A DNA stretch of 53,496 nucleotides from Planctomycetota bacterium (GTDB taxonomy: Bacteria > Planctomycetota > UBA1135 > UBA2386), in assembly GCA_041168165.1 (NCBI GenBank), contig JBEELK010000166.1, positions 1 through 53,496 on the forward strand, written 5' to 3'. The translations under genes were made by a program, and so were the position numbers. The notes beneath the pieces were generated by a model. The model ran no database searches. It worked only from the letters and a program-made list of their open reading frames with translations, and was not told the DNA's origin. Positions 1 to 8,400 of the stretch are shown piece after piece (the first letter of the stretch is position 1; every line of letters starts with the position of its first letter).

Positions 1-668
1 CGAACTTCGCGTTCTATCTGTTCACGGGAACGCTCGCGTTCAGCACGCTGACTGAGTCGACGACGGCCCACTGCGGCGTTGTCGTGGGCAACGGCAACCT
101 CGTGAAGAAGGTGGCGTTCCCGTCCGAAGTGCTACCGATCCCGACCACGTTGGTTTCGATCTCCACGTGGCTCGTCGGAGTCGCGGTGGTGTGGGTCTCG
201 TGGGCCGTATGCGCGTTGTGCGGGATCGAGGTCGCCACGATGCAACTCAGCTGGAACATGCTGATGCTGCCGGTCGTGATCCTGATCCAGTTCGCGATGA
301 TCCTCGGCATCGGTTTGTTCTTGGCGAACCTCTACGTGTTCGTCCGCGACATTCGGCACATCTACGGCATCGTGACGATGGTCTGGATGTTCCTGAGCCC
401 GGTGTTCTGGGCTCCGGCGACTGTGGTCGAGAAACTGGGCCAGGAGACGGCAGACCTGATCTTTGCGTGCAACCCGGCCTACTCGCTGGTGATGTCGCAG
501 CGCATGGTGCTCGGAGCGACCGACGCCACGATCGAAGGCGGGCAGTCGTTTGTGTTCGGGGATTTCTGGGCCCACCTAGGAATCTCGGCAGCCTGGGCCT
601 CTGCATTCTTGGTGCTGGGCTACAGCACGTTCGTGAGCAGGAAGCACAAGTATTCCGACCTCGTCTGA
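1..668 (+). CDS. ABC-2 type polysaccharide/O-antigen export permease (Wzm/TagG/KpsM-like), 5' end cut by window edge
   Basis: The frame is open from the window edge (codon phase starts at nt 3: NFAFYLFTGTLAF...) to TGA 666-668. The protein is multi-TM and hydrophobic with an ABC-2 permease-like pattern (LVKKVAFPSEVLPI, NPAYSLV). The listed ORF 84..668 is only the part after the first in-frame start. Confidence 0.75.
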   Translation, partial: NFAFYLFTGTLAFSTLTESTTAHCGVVVGNGNLVKKVAFPSEVLPIPTTLVSISTWLVGVAVVWVSWAVCALCGIEVATMQLSWNMLMLPVVILIQFAMILGIGLFLANLYVFVRDIRHIYGIVTMVWMFLSPVFWAPATVVEKLGQETADLIFACNPAYSLVMSQRMVLGATDATIEGGQSFVFGDFWAHLGISAAWASAFLVLGYSTFVSRKHKYSDLV

Positions 669-813
669 GTGGTCCCAACTGCTCCGCTCGGTCGTCTGCG
701 CTTGCGCTGCACCGGTGGTGATTGGGGTTCCCGCGAGGTGGGCGAGCCGCGATCGTGTGCCTGCGTCCGGCGCAGAGATCGCAAATCGTTTGTGACTCTC
801 CACAGATCGACCG

Positions 814-842
814 TTGCGTCGGAGAGCTCCGGTCCGTATAAA
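814..842 (+). promoter_or_regulatory. candidate sigma-70-type promoter for rplC (TTGCGT-N17-TATAAA)
   Basis: TTGCGT at 814-819, a 17-nt spacer and TATAAA at 837-842, about 45 nt upstream of the rplC ATG. The AT-rich hexamer stands out in GC-rich DNA. Pattern match only. Confidence 0.3.
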
Positions 843-887
843 GCTTCGCCCTTTCGTTCCTAGACTGCGCGCACGCGACCACGATCG

Positions 888-1619
888 ATGACCCTCGGCA
901 TCCTTGGCAAGAAGCTGGGCATGACCCAGATTTTCCGCGACGACGGCACCTGCATCCCCGTAACGGTGGTGCAAGCCGGACCTTGTCGTGTTTTGCAGGT
1001 CAAGATGATCGCGTCCGGCGAACATCCTGAGGGCCACCGCACGAGCACGGGCAACCGGGGCAAGAAGAGCGGCAAGCAAGAGCGGGCCCGCTCTGCGGAC
1101 GGCTACTACGCTGTTCAACTCGGCTTCGGCGATAGGCCGGCGCGGACAAGCAGCAAGGCGGAGCTTGGCCACGCGAAGAAGGCGGGCCTGGACACCACGC
1201 GCCACTTCATCCGCGAGTTCCGTCTCGGCGAGGCGCCGACGGTTAAGCCGGGTGAGGATGTCACGCTGAGCATTTTCGATGGCGTTTCCAACGTCGATGT
1301 CGTCGGCACGACCAAGGGTCGCGGCTGGACGGGCACGATCAAGCGCTGGAACTTCCATCGCCAGCCGACCTCGCACGGTAACTCGCTGAGTCACCGCACG
1401 GCGGGTGGCCTGGGTCGTCAACACTCGATCAGCAAGGGTGTGCCGAAGGGCAAGAAGATGGCCGGTCACTACGGTGTCGAGCGCGTCACGGTCCAAAACC
1501 TCGATGTGATCAAGGTCGACGCAGAGCGCAACCTCGTCTACCTGCGCGGTGCGATCCCCGGCCACAACAATGGCTACGTGATGCTCCAGAAGAGCATCAA
1601 GATCAAGATCAAGCGCTGA
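888..1619 (+). CDS. rplC: 50S ribosomal protein L3
   Basis: MTLGILGKKLGMTQIF..., ...KRWNFHRQPTSHGNSLSHR..., ...KKMAGHYGVERVTVQNLDVIKVDAERNLVYLRGAIPG are canonical L3 blocks. ATG start. It carries an extra basic segment at about aa 40-70. Confidence 0.95.
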   Translation: MTLGILGKKLGMTQIFRDDGTCIPVTVVQAGPCRVLQVKMIASGEHPEGHRTSTGNRGKKSGKQERARSADGYYAVQLGFGDRPARTSSKAELGHAKKAGLDTTRHFIREFRLGEAPTVKPGEDVTLSIFDGVSNVDVVGTTKGRGWTGTIKRWNFHRQPTSHGNSLSHRTAGGLGRQHSISKGVPKGKKMAGHYGVERVTVQNLDVIKVDAERNLVYLRGAIPGHNNGYVMLQKSIKIKIKR

Positions 1620-1656
1620 TCTAGGCCCAAAACCCTAACGACTCGCAAGACACATC

Positions 1657-1824
1657 ATGGCACGCTCGCGTCAAAAGAATGGCGGCCCGACCCGCGGCCG
1701 TTTCAAGAAGAAGAAGCTCGGCAAGGGTTACCTTGCCAACCGCTCCGAGACCGGCAGCAATCGCCCGGTCCTGCGCATCACTGAGCCCGAAGCGGCAGAC
1801 GCTTCGGCGCCGAAGAAGGGCTGA
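1657..1824 (+). CDS. hypothetical small, highly basic protein (55 aa), absent from the supplied ORF track
   Basis: ATG 1657 to TGA 1822-1824 translates to MARSRQKNGGPTRGRFKKKKLGKGYLANRSETGSNRPVLRITEPEAADASAPKKG. By hand count, 43 of 55 codons end in G/C, typical of real genes here. The competing ORF 1679..1891 is Arg/Ala/Pro-rich off-frame junk. It lies 37 nt after rplC and is followed by a hairpin. Confidence 0.4.
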   Translation: MARSRQKNGGPTRGRFKKKKLGKGYLANRSETGSNRPVLRITEPEAADASAPKKG

Positions 1825-1831
1825 TCCCTCG

Positions 1832-1859
1832 GGGCGACCCAGCTCGCCTGAGGTCGCCC
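1832..1859 (+). terminator. stem-loop after rplC and the small ORF (GGGCGACC-N12-GGTCGCCC, then TTCTG)
   Basis: An 8-bp perfect GC-rich stem (1832-1839 / 1852-1859) with a short T-containing tail, 20 nt before the next ATG. The U-tract is weak. Confidence 0.35.
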
Positions 1860-1878
1860 TTCTGCACGCCCCTCGCGC

Positions 1879-3105
1879 ATGTCCGCGCTAGAGGTTGACG
1901 TGGTCGTCATCGGCGGTGGCGCCGCTGGCCTATTTGCTGCAGCAACTGCGGCGAACCGCGGCCGCACTGTGGTTCTGCTCGAGAAGAACGAGCGCCCTGG
2001 CCTGAAGATCCTGATCAGCGGCGGTGGTCGTTGCAACGTCACGACGACACGCAGCGGCAAGGACCTGGAGCTGCAATACGGCGAGCGCCGCGGGCGCTTC
2101 CTGCGGCATGCGCTGCATGGCCTGCCGCCGACATCGGTGGTGGCGCACTTCGATAGCCTAGGCGTGCCGCTGCGCGAGGAAGACCTCGAGAAGCTGTTCC
2201 CGGTGTCGCAGAAGGCTCGCGATGTGCTGGAAGCCTTGCTCGCCGATTGCCGCAATCAGGGCGCGCAGATCGTCACCAATGCACCGGTCGCTTCGGTTGC
2301 CCGCGAGGCCGAACGCTTCGTCGTTGCAACGAACACAACGCAATGGCGTGCGCACAGCGTCATCGTGGCGACGGGAGGCCTCAGCTATCGCAAGACTGGC
2401 GCGACTGGCGATGGCTACGGCTTCGTGCGCTCCTTTGGCCATTCGATCACGTCGACGTATCCCGCGCTCGCGCCGCTCCAAGTCGATGCTGCGTGGGTGC
2501 GTCAATTGCAGGGGATCGTGCTGCATGGCGTCGAGATCGCGTCGATGGACCGTCACGGCCGCATCAAGACGCGTCGCACGCGGCCAGTTCTGTTCACGCA
2601 CAAGGGGCTGTCCGGGCCAGCGCCGATGGATCTCGCGGGCGATATCGAAGAGTCGAATGGCGGAATGGTGCGCCTCGACTTCGCGCCAAACGCGTCCATT
2701 GCTGAGTTGGAGGTGCTGTGGCTTGAGTCTGCAAAGCAGCATGGCAAGCGACTGGCTGCATCGCTGTTGCCTGCGGAGTTGCCGGATCGTCTTCGCACCG
2801 CGCTGTGCGCGCTCGCTGGGTGCGAAGGCATCACGCTTGCAAACCTTGATCGCGCCGCGAGGCAGCGTCTGCTCAGCGTGGTCAAGGATCTCCGCGTGCC
2901 ATGCGAGCGAAGCCTTGGATTCGACCACGCAGAGGTAACTCGCGGCGGCGTCGCTCTCGACGAAGTGGATCCAAAGTCGATGCAATCGCGGCTGCAGCCC
3001 GGCCTGTTTCTGTGCGGAGAGGTGCTCGACATCGACGGCCCTATCGGTGGTTTCAACTTCCAAGCAGCCTTTGCGACGGGGCGCGTCGCAGGCCTACACG
3101 CGTAG
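1879..3105 (+). CDS. HI0933/YhiN/BaiN-like NAD(FAD)-utilising flavoprotein
   Basis: N-terminal dinucleotide fold VDVVVIGGGAAGLFAA followed by KILISGGGRCNVT, and a C-terminal GEVLDIDGPIGGFNFQAAFATG. Both are signatures of the HI0933-like family. Confidence 0.85.
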   Translation: MSALEVDVVVIGGGAAGLFAAATAANRGRTVVLLEKNERPGLKILISGGGRCNVTTTRSGKDLELQYGERRGRFLRHALHGLPPTSVVAHFDSLGVPLREEDLEKLFPVSQKARDVLEALLADCRNQGAQIVTNAPVASVAREAERFVVATNTTQWRAHSVIVATGGLSYRKTGATGDGYGFVRSFGHSITSTYPALAPLQVDAAWVRQLQGIVLHGVEIASMDRHGRIKTRRTRPVLFTHKGLSGPAPMDLAGDIEESNGGMVRLDFAPNASIAELEVLWLESAKQHGKRLAASLLPAELPDRLRTALCALAGCEGITLANLDRAARQRLLSVVKDLRVPCERSLGFDHAEVTRGGVALDEVDPKSMQSRLQPGLFLCGEVLDIDGPIGGFNFQAAFATGRVAGLHA

Positions 3106-3128
3106 CGCGCGCTCGCTACGTTCGCGAA

Positions 3129-4442
3129 GTGCTCGGCGACACCATCTTTGCCACTGCAAGCGCTCCGGGGGCATCCGCGCGTGCAGTCGTGCGCATCTCC
3201 GGGCCGCTGGCGTTTGCAGCAGCTGAGTCTGCGTTACGTCGGGAGTTGCCACGCACGCGCTGTCAGTGCGAAGGCAGCGTGCATCTTGGGCATCTTGCGT
3301 CGCCTGCATTCGCGCTGTGCATGCCAGGGCCTCGCAGCTACACGGGCGAGGACTGCGTCGAACTGCACCTCGCGGGCAGCCCTGTTTTGATCTCCGAAGT
3401 CGCAGCACAGATGTGCGCTTCGTGCGGGCCAAGCTTGCGACCGGCATTGCCGGGCGAGTTCACGGCGCGCGCATGCCAGAACGGGCGCATCGATCTGGCG
3501 CAGGCAGAAGGCGTGCTGATGTTGATCCACGGCGAAGATGCGCGGCAACTGGCTCGCGGCGCTTCGTGGCTCGCAGGAGGGTTGTCCGCAGCGGTGGGGC
3601 GCGTGCGCAGTCTCGCGCAAGACGCGCTGGCGCTCGTCGAAGCTGGCCTCGACTTCGAGGCTGGCGACACTGGGGAAGTGAGCGAGTCGCTGTGGCGCGA
3701 TCCGCTTGGCGCGGCGCATGCAGAAGCGATCGCGCTGGTCGCCGCGATGCCGCGAGCGATTGCCGGTGGTGAGGCGCTGCTGCTCGGGCGCAGCAACGCT
3801 GGCAAATCCTCGCTGTGCAACGCACTCGCGCAGCGCGAGGCTGCGTTGGTGGACGAAGTGTCTGGCACGACGCGCGACGTCTTGCGCGTGGAGTTGGCGC
3901 CCGGGGTCGCGGTCTGGGATGCCCCAGGCGACCTCGAGGCGCCTGTCGATGTGGACCGCGCCGCGTTGGCGCTGCGCAATCGGCTCGCAGGCCGAGCGTC
4001 GTCGGCGGTCGTGGTGGTCGACCCGATGGACATTCCCGTCCAACTCGCTGCCAGCCTTCCGTGCCTGTGCGTGGTGTGGACCAAGCGAGATCTGCGCGGC
4101 GATCCAACTGACGGTGACAGAGAGCGCCTCCGCCAAGTCGCGCCGTTCACCGAGGGATCGCCGCAGTTCGTTGTCAGTGCTGCGACCGACGAAGGCCTGC
4201 ATGCGTTGCGCGCATTCTTGTCGGAGCGTTCGCGTCGCGGCGCTACGGACCCCGGCGGCCCGCAACGCCATGCGGCGAATCTCGCGCTGTCGGCACTGGC
4301 GCGCGCGGTTGCTGCACCGCAGGCGGAACTTGCGAGCCAGGACCTGCAAGAGGCTCTCGCAGCGTTGGGGCAGATCGACGGCCAGCACGGCGTCGAGGAT
4401 TTGCTCGACCGTATCTACCGCCGCTTCTGCATGGGCAAGTGA
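3129..4442 (+). CDS. mnmE: tRNA modification GTPase MnmE
   Basis: N-terminal DTIFATASAPG..AVVRISG, a G-domain GRSNAGKSSLCNAL...SGTTRD...DAPG, and a C-terminal CMGK (the CxGK tail). I chose GTG 3129 as the start. The ORF's upstream 76 codons overlap the preceding gene and are Arg-rich junk. Confidence 0.88.
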   Translation: MLGDTIFATASAPGASARAVVRISGPLAFAAAESALRRELPRTRCQCEGSVHLGHLASPAFALCMPGPRSYTGEDCVELHLAGSPVLISEVAAQMCASCGPSLRPALPGEFTARACQNGRIDLAQAEGVLMLIHGEDARQLARGASWLAGGLSAAVGRVRSLAQDALALVEAGLDFEAGDTGEVSESLWRDPLGAAHAEAIALVAAMPRAIAGGEALLLGRSNAGKSSLCNALAQREAALVDEVSGTTRDVLRVELAPGVAVWDAPGDLEAPVDVDRAALALRNRLAGRASSAVVVVDPMDIPVQLAASLPCLCVVWTKRDLRGDPTDGDRERLRQVAPFTEGSPQFVVSAATDEGLHALRAFLSERSRRGATDPGGPQRHAANLALSALARAVAAPQAELASQDLQEALAALGQIDGQHGVEDLLDRIYRRFCMGK

Positions 4443-4495
4443 GCCCAAGACGACGGAAACCCAGCATTTGGCGCAGGTTTCGCGTGGGTCTGCCT

Positions 4496-4525
4496 TTGAC
4501 ACACGATTCCTAGTGTCGGTAACGT
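4496..4525 (+). promoter_or_regulatory. candidate promoter of nrdR (TTGACA-N18-TAACGT) containing an NrdR-box-like palindrome (ACAC-N8-GTGT, 4501-4516)
   Basis: A perfect -35 hexamer at 4496-4501 and TAACGT at 4520-4525. The spacer contains ACACGATTCCTAGTGT, whose 16-bp ACAC..GTGT outline matches the NrdR-box architecture. Pattern match only. Confidence 0.3.
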
Positions 4526-4593
4526 CCGCCCGTTCGCCGATGGCGCAATAGCCTGGGGTCAGCCAGGCCGCAGCCGGAAGCGAACAGGTGCCC

Positions 4594-5100
4594 ATGCGCT
4601 GTCCCTACTGCAAGGCCGACAATGACCGCGTCATCGACTCGCGCGCCAGCGCGGATGGTTTTGCCATCCGTCGGCGGCGTGTCTGCGCGGACTGCGGTCG
4701 GCGCTACACCACCTATGAGCGTGTCGAGACGGCTCCGCTCCGGGTGGTGAAGAAGAACGGCGAACGCGTGGCGTTCGACCGGCAGAAGGTGCTGAGCGGA
4801 ATGATCCGCGCGTGCGAGAAGCGGCCCGTGTCGCTCGAGACTCTCGAGACGATCTCGGACCGAATCGAGCGGCAGTGCATGGAAGCCTTCGACAAGGAGG
4901 TGCCGAGCAAGGTCATCGGCGGCCTCATCATGCAGGAGCTGCGGCAACTCGATCAGGTGGCATACGTTCGATTCGCGTCGGTCTATCGCGAGTTCAAGGA
5001 CGTAAGCCAGTTCCTCGAGGAGCTGAAGCCGATGCTCGAGAAGCGACGGGAGGGCGGAAACGATGAAGCGGCGGTCAGAGCATCTGGTCAAGAAGCGTGA
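4594..5100 (+). CDS. nrdR: transcriptional repressor NrdR (Zn-ribbon + ATP-cone)
   Basis: MRCPYCKADNDRVIDSR...RRRRVCADCGRRYTTYERVE is the zinc ribbon, followed by an ATP-cone (VVKKNGERVAFDRQKV...). ATG 4594 is preferred over the in-frame GTG at 4588. Confidence 0.92.
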   Translation: MRCPYCKADNDRVIDSRASADGFAIRRRRVCADCGRRYTTYERVETAPLRVVKKNGERVAFDRQKVLSGMIRACEKRPVSLETLETISDRIERQCMEAFDKEVPSKVIGGLIMQELRQLDQVAYVRFASVYREFKDVSQFLEELKPMLEKRREGGNDEAAVRASGQEA

Positions 5101-5482
5101 TGGTCGGATGGAGTTCTTGCGCGCGACGAAGCTCGCGCGTTCGGTCCATCTCGCATTGCAAAGCGTCGGCGTCGACGAAGACTGGCGTGCGCTCGATGTG
5201 ACAACCGCGGTGCTCGCGGGTCTGCGCTCGCGGCGCGAACAGGTGTTGCTCGAAGGTGCCCCCGTGCTCAGTACGATCGAGCTGGCGTCCGCCGTGCAAG
5301 GCGTGTTGGTCGCGAACGGCCACGCTGCCGCAGCCGTCGCGTTCGAGGCGACGCAGAAGGATCGCGCGCTGCGCCGTGCGATGTTGTCGAGCCGCGGCCG
5401 CGGCTTGTCGATCGTCAACGAAGGTCCTGTGTCGTTGCCGCCAATCGGTCCGTCGTCCTCTAACCGTCTGACGAAGGGCTGA
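5063..5482 (+). CDS. stand-alone ATP-cone-like domain protein (139 aa)
   Basis: LVKKRDGRMEFLRATKLARSVHLAL...LSTIELASAVQGVLVANGHAAAAVAFEA resembles the ATP-cone pattern (V.KRDGR.E.F...K...). ATG 5063 overlaps the nrdR 3' end by 38 nt in another frame. The stop is 4 nt before the smc ATG. Confidence 0.55.
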   Translation: MKRRSEHLVKKRDGRMEFLRATKLARSVHLALQSVGVDEDWRALDVTTAVLAGLRSRREQVLLEGAPVLSTIELASAVQGVLVANGHAAAAVAFEATQKDRALRRAMLSSRGRGLSIVNEGPVSLPPIGPSSSNRLTKG

Positions 5483-5486
5483 TCTC

Positions 5487-8400
5487 ATGCGCCTCAAGCG
5501 TCTCGTCGCCCGTGGCTTCAAGTCCTTCGCTGACCGCACCGAGTTCGAGTTCGACTCGCGGTTGACCGGCATCATCGGTCCCAACGGCTGCGGCAAGTCC
5601 AACGTCGTGGACGCCATCAAGTGGGTGCTCGGCGACCAGCGCGCCAAGAGCCTGCGCGGCACCGAGATGACCGACGTCATCTTCAAAGGCGCCGAAGGCC
5701 GCGAAGCCATGGGCATGGCCGAAGTGACGATCACGTTCGAGGATCCCGAAGGGAAGCTCGAGGGTCGCACCGAGATCGACATCTCTCGTCGGCTCACGCT
5801 CGAGAAGGAATCGACCTACCTGCTGAACGGCACGGAAGTGCGTCTCAAGGACGTGCGCGACGTGCTGCTCGACACCGGTCTCGGAACCGGCGGCTACTCC
5901 GTGATGGAGCAGGGCCGCATCGACGCCGTGCTATCCGCAAACCCGGAGGCTCGTCGCGCGATCTTCGAGGAAGCGGCCGGCATCTCGCGGTTCAAGCTGC
6001 AGAAGAAAGAAGCGCTGCGCAAGCTCGAGCGCACCGACCAGAATCTCGCGCGCGTCACCGACCTGTTGGAGGAGCGCAGCCGCCGCATTCGCAGCTTGCG
6101 CATCCAGGCTGGCAAGGCGCGGCGATTCCAAGAGCTGCAATCGGCGTTGCGCGACCTGCGCAGCGCGATCGCGGTGATCGAGGGCACGGAGTTGCGTTCT
6201 GCGTTGCACGATCAGCGCGCGCGGCTTGCGGAGCTCGAGGTCGCGCTCGACACGGCGATCTCTCGCCGCGAGGAGTTCGTGGATCGCGTAGCGGAGACGG
6301 ATTCGACCATCGCGCAGTGCGCAGAAGCGCTGGAATCGGCGCGCGCAGAATGCCACCGAGTCCGTGGCGAACTGAACACGCAGCGCGAGCGCGCCCAGTC
6401 GCAAGCTCAGCGTCGCGATGACTTGCGCGCCGAGGCCGAACGCGGCCGCACTCGCGGCCAGACGTTGGCGAGCCAGCGCATGGAGCGCGGCACTTCGCTC
6501 GACGCGGCGCGCGACGAGCTCACGGCACGCGAAGAGGAGGCTGTCGATCTCGGGCGCCAGCTGGAAGAGCAGCGCGCGGCGGCAGGCGAGGCTCAGCGAA
6601 GCTTGCGAGCGCTGAGCTCGGAGCGTGAAGCGATTCGCTCGGAGTTGCTCGAGTTGCTGCACGCGCGCACACGCGCACGCAACGCAGCGGCGGATCAAGA
6701 AGCTCGTCTCGGCTCGGCGCGCGGACGCAGCAGCAAGCTTGAAGAGCGCCTTGCCGTGGTTTCGCGCGAGTCCGCAGAGTTGCAGACCCAGCGCGATAGC
6801 CTGGAATCGGACCGCGCATCGTTCCTCACGCGCGAGCGGTTCCTGCGCGAGCGCGAAGAGCGCGTCCTTTCCGACTTGCGCGATGCCGACGGCGAAGCTG
6901 CGGAGCTTGCCAGCGTCGAGTCCGAGCTGCGGCGCGAGTTCTCTGAGGTCGATGGCCGCCGCCAAGCGCTCGTCGCAATGGAGGCACAGTTCGAAGGCCT
7001 CGACCAAGGGCCCAAGCACGTGCTGTCAACGAAGCCAGAAGGTCTTCGTGGTCGGCTCGTGGATCTGCTCGAGATCGACCTCCAGCACAGTACCGCGCTA
7101 GAAGCGGCACTCGGCTCCTACGTGCAGGCGCTCGTCGTGGACACCCGCGCGAATGCTGGTCGCATCATCCAAGAGCTGCAGGAGAATCGACTCGGCCGCG
7201 TGCTGCTGCTCGTCGAGGAAGAATTCGCTGCGGAGCCCATCAGCGGCTCGTTCTTGCCCTTGCCAGAGTCGGCGCGCTCGCTGTTCGACCTCGTCCGCCC
7301 GGCTGGCAGTGGCGATGCGAGCCGTCGCATGCTCGCGTGGCTGCTGCGGGGCGTCGTGCTCGTCGAGTCGCTGGAACATGCGGATGCGACGCGCGCGGAC
7401 CTCTGCTTCGTGACGTCGTCGGGCCAGCTGCTCTGCGGACCGCGCGTCGAGGGTGGTCACACTGCCGAAGGGCAAGCTGGCCTCGTCGTTCGTCGCTCCC
7501 AGATCCAGGAACTGCAACTCGCGGTCGACGCGGTGTCGCAAAAGTTGGCCTCGCTGCAGGGCGGCAAGGAGCGCGCGGTGTCGCGCGTCGATCGCCTGAA
7601 GGCGGAGTCGCGACTCGTCGGCGCAGCGCTGCAGGATGCGCGTCGCCACCTGCAAGGCGCCGAGGCGCAGCTCTCGCGCGTCATTGCGCGCGCAGTGGAC
7701 GTTGCGAAGGAATCCGGCGAGCTTGAACGCGAAGCGGACGAGCTTGCGTTCACGATGGCTCGCGCGAAGGCGATCCTCGGCAAGGCGCTGTGCAATCAGC
7801 ATCTGCTCTCGTTGCGCGAGCAGCGCCGCGCCGAAGTCGAGGCGGGCATGAGCGACCGGATCGCCTCGGCTGAGTCCGTCGCGAACGACGCGTCGCGCGC
7901 CGAGCAAGACCTGCGCCTGCAGCAAGCGAAGATCTTGGAAGGTCGCGAAGGCCTTCTGCGAACGATTCGCATGCACGAGGAAGCGCTGCGCGAGATCGAC
8001 TCGGCGCTGGAAGAGCTGGCGGACTCGGTGCAGAAGAACGAAGACGGCGCCTCGCGGGCCGAGACCGAGGCGATGCGCTTCGAAGAGACCGCGAATGCGC
8101 TCGATGATCAGCTCGTCGAGTTGGAGGAGCGTCGCACCGAAGCGGACTCGCAACACGATTCTGCGCGCCAGCAGCATCGTCAGGCGCAACAGGACTTGTC
8201 GCAGTGCGACCATCTCGTGCGCAATGCGGGCGAGACGATGAACAAGAAGAAGCTCGAGGTCGTCGACCTCGAACACCGCTTCTTGCGCATCGAGGATCGT
8301 CTTCGCGAGGAGACCGGCATCGAGTTGATGCGCTGCCTCGGCGATGTCGCGGGGCTCGGCATCGAGTTCGTGGACGAAGCCATCGGCCCGATCGCCAAGG

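Noticed and set aside
1679-1891. A 70-aa plus-strand ORF in the rplC-flavoprotein gap.
   Set aside because: Its Arg/Ala/Pro/Ser-rich composition is typical of an off-frame translation, and it overlaps the start of the flavoprotein gene. The alternative 55-aa frame (1657-1824) has gene-like third-position bias.
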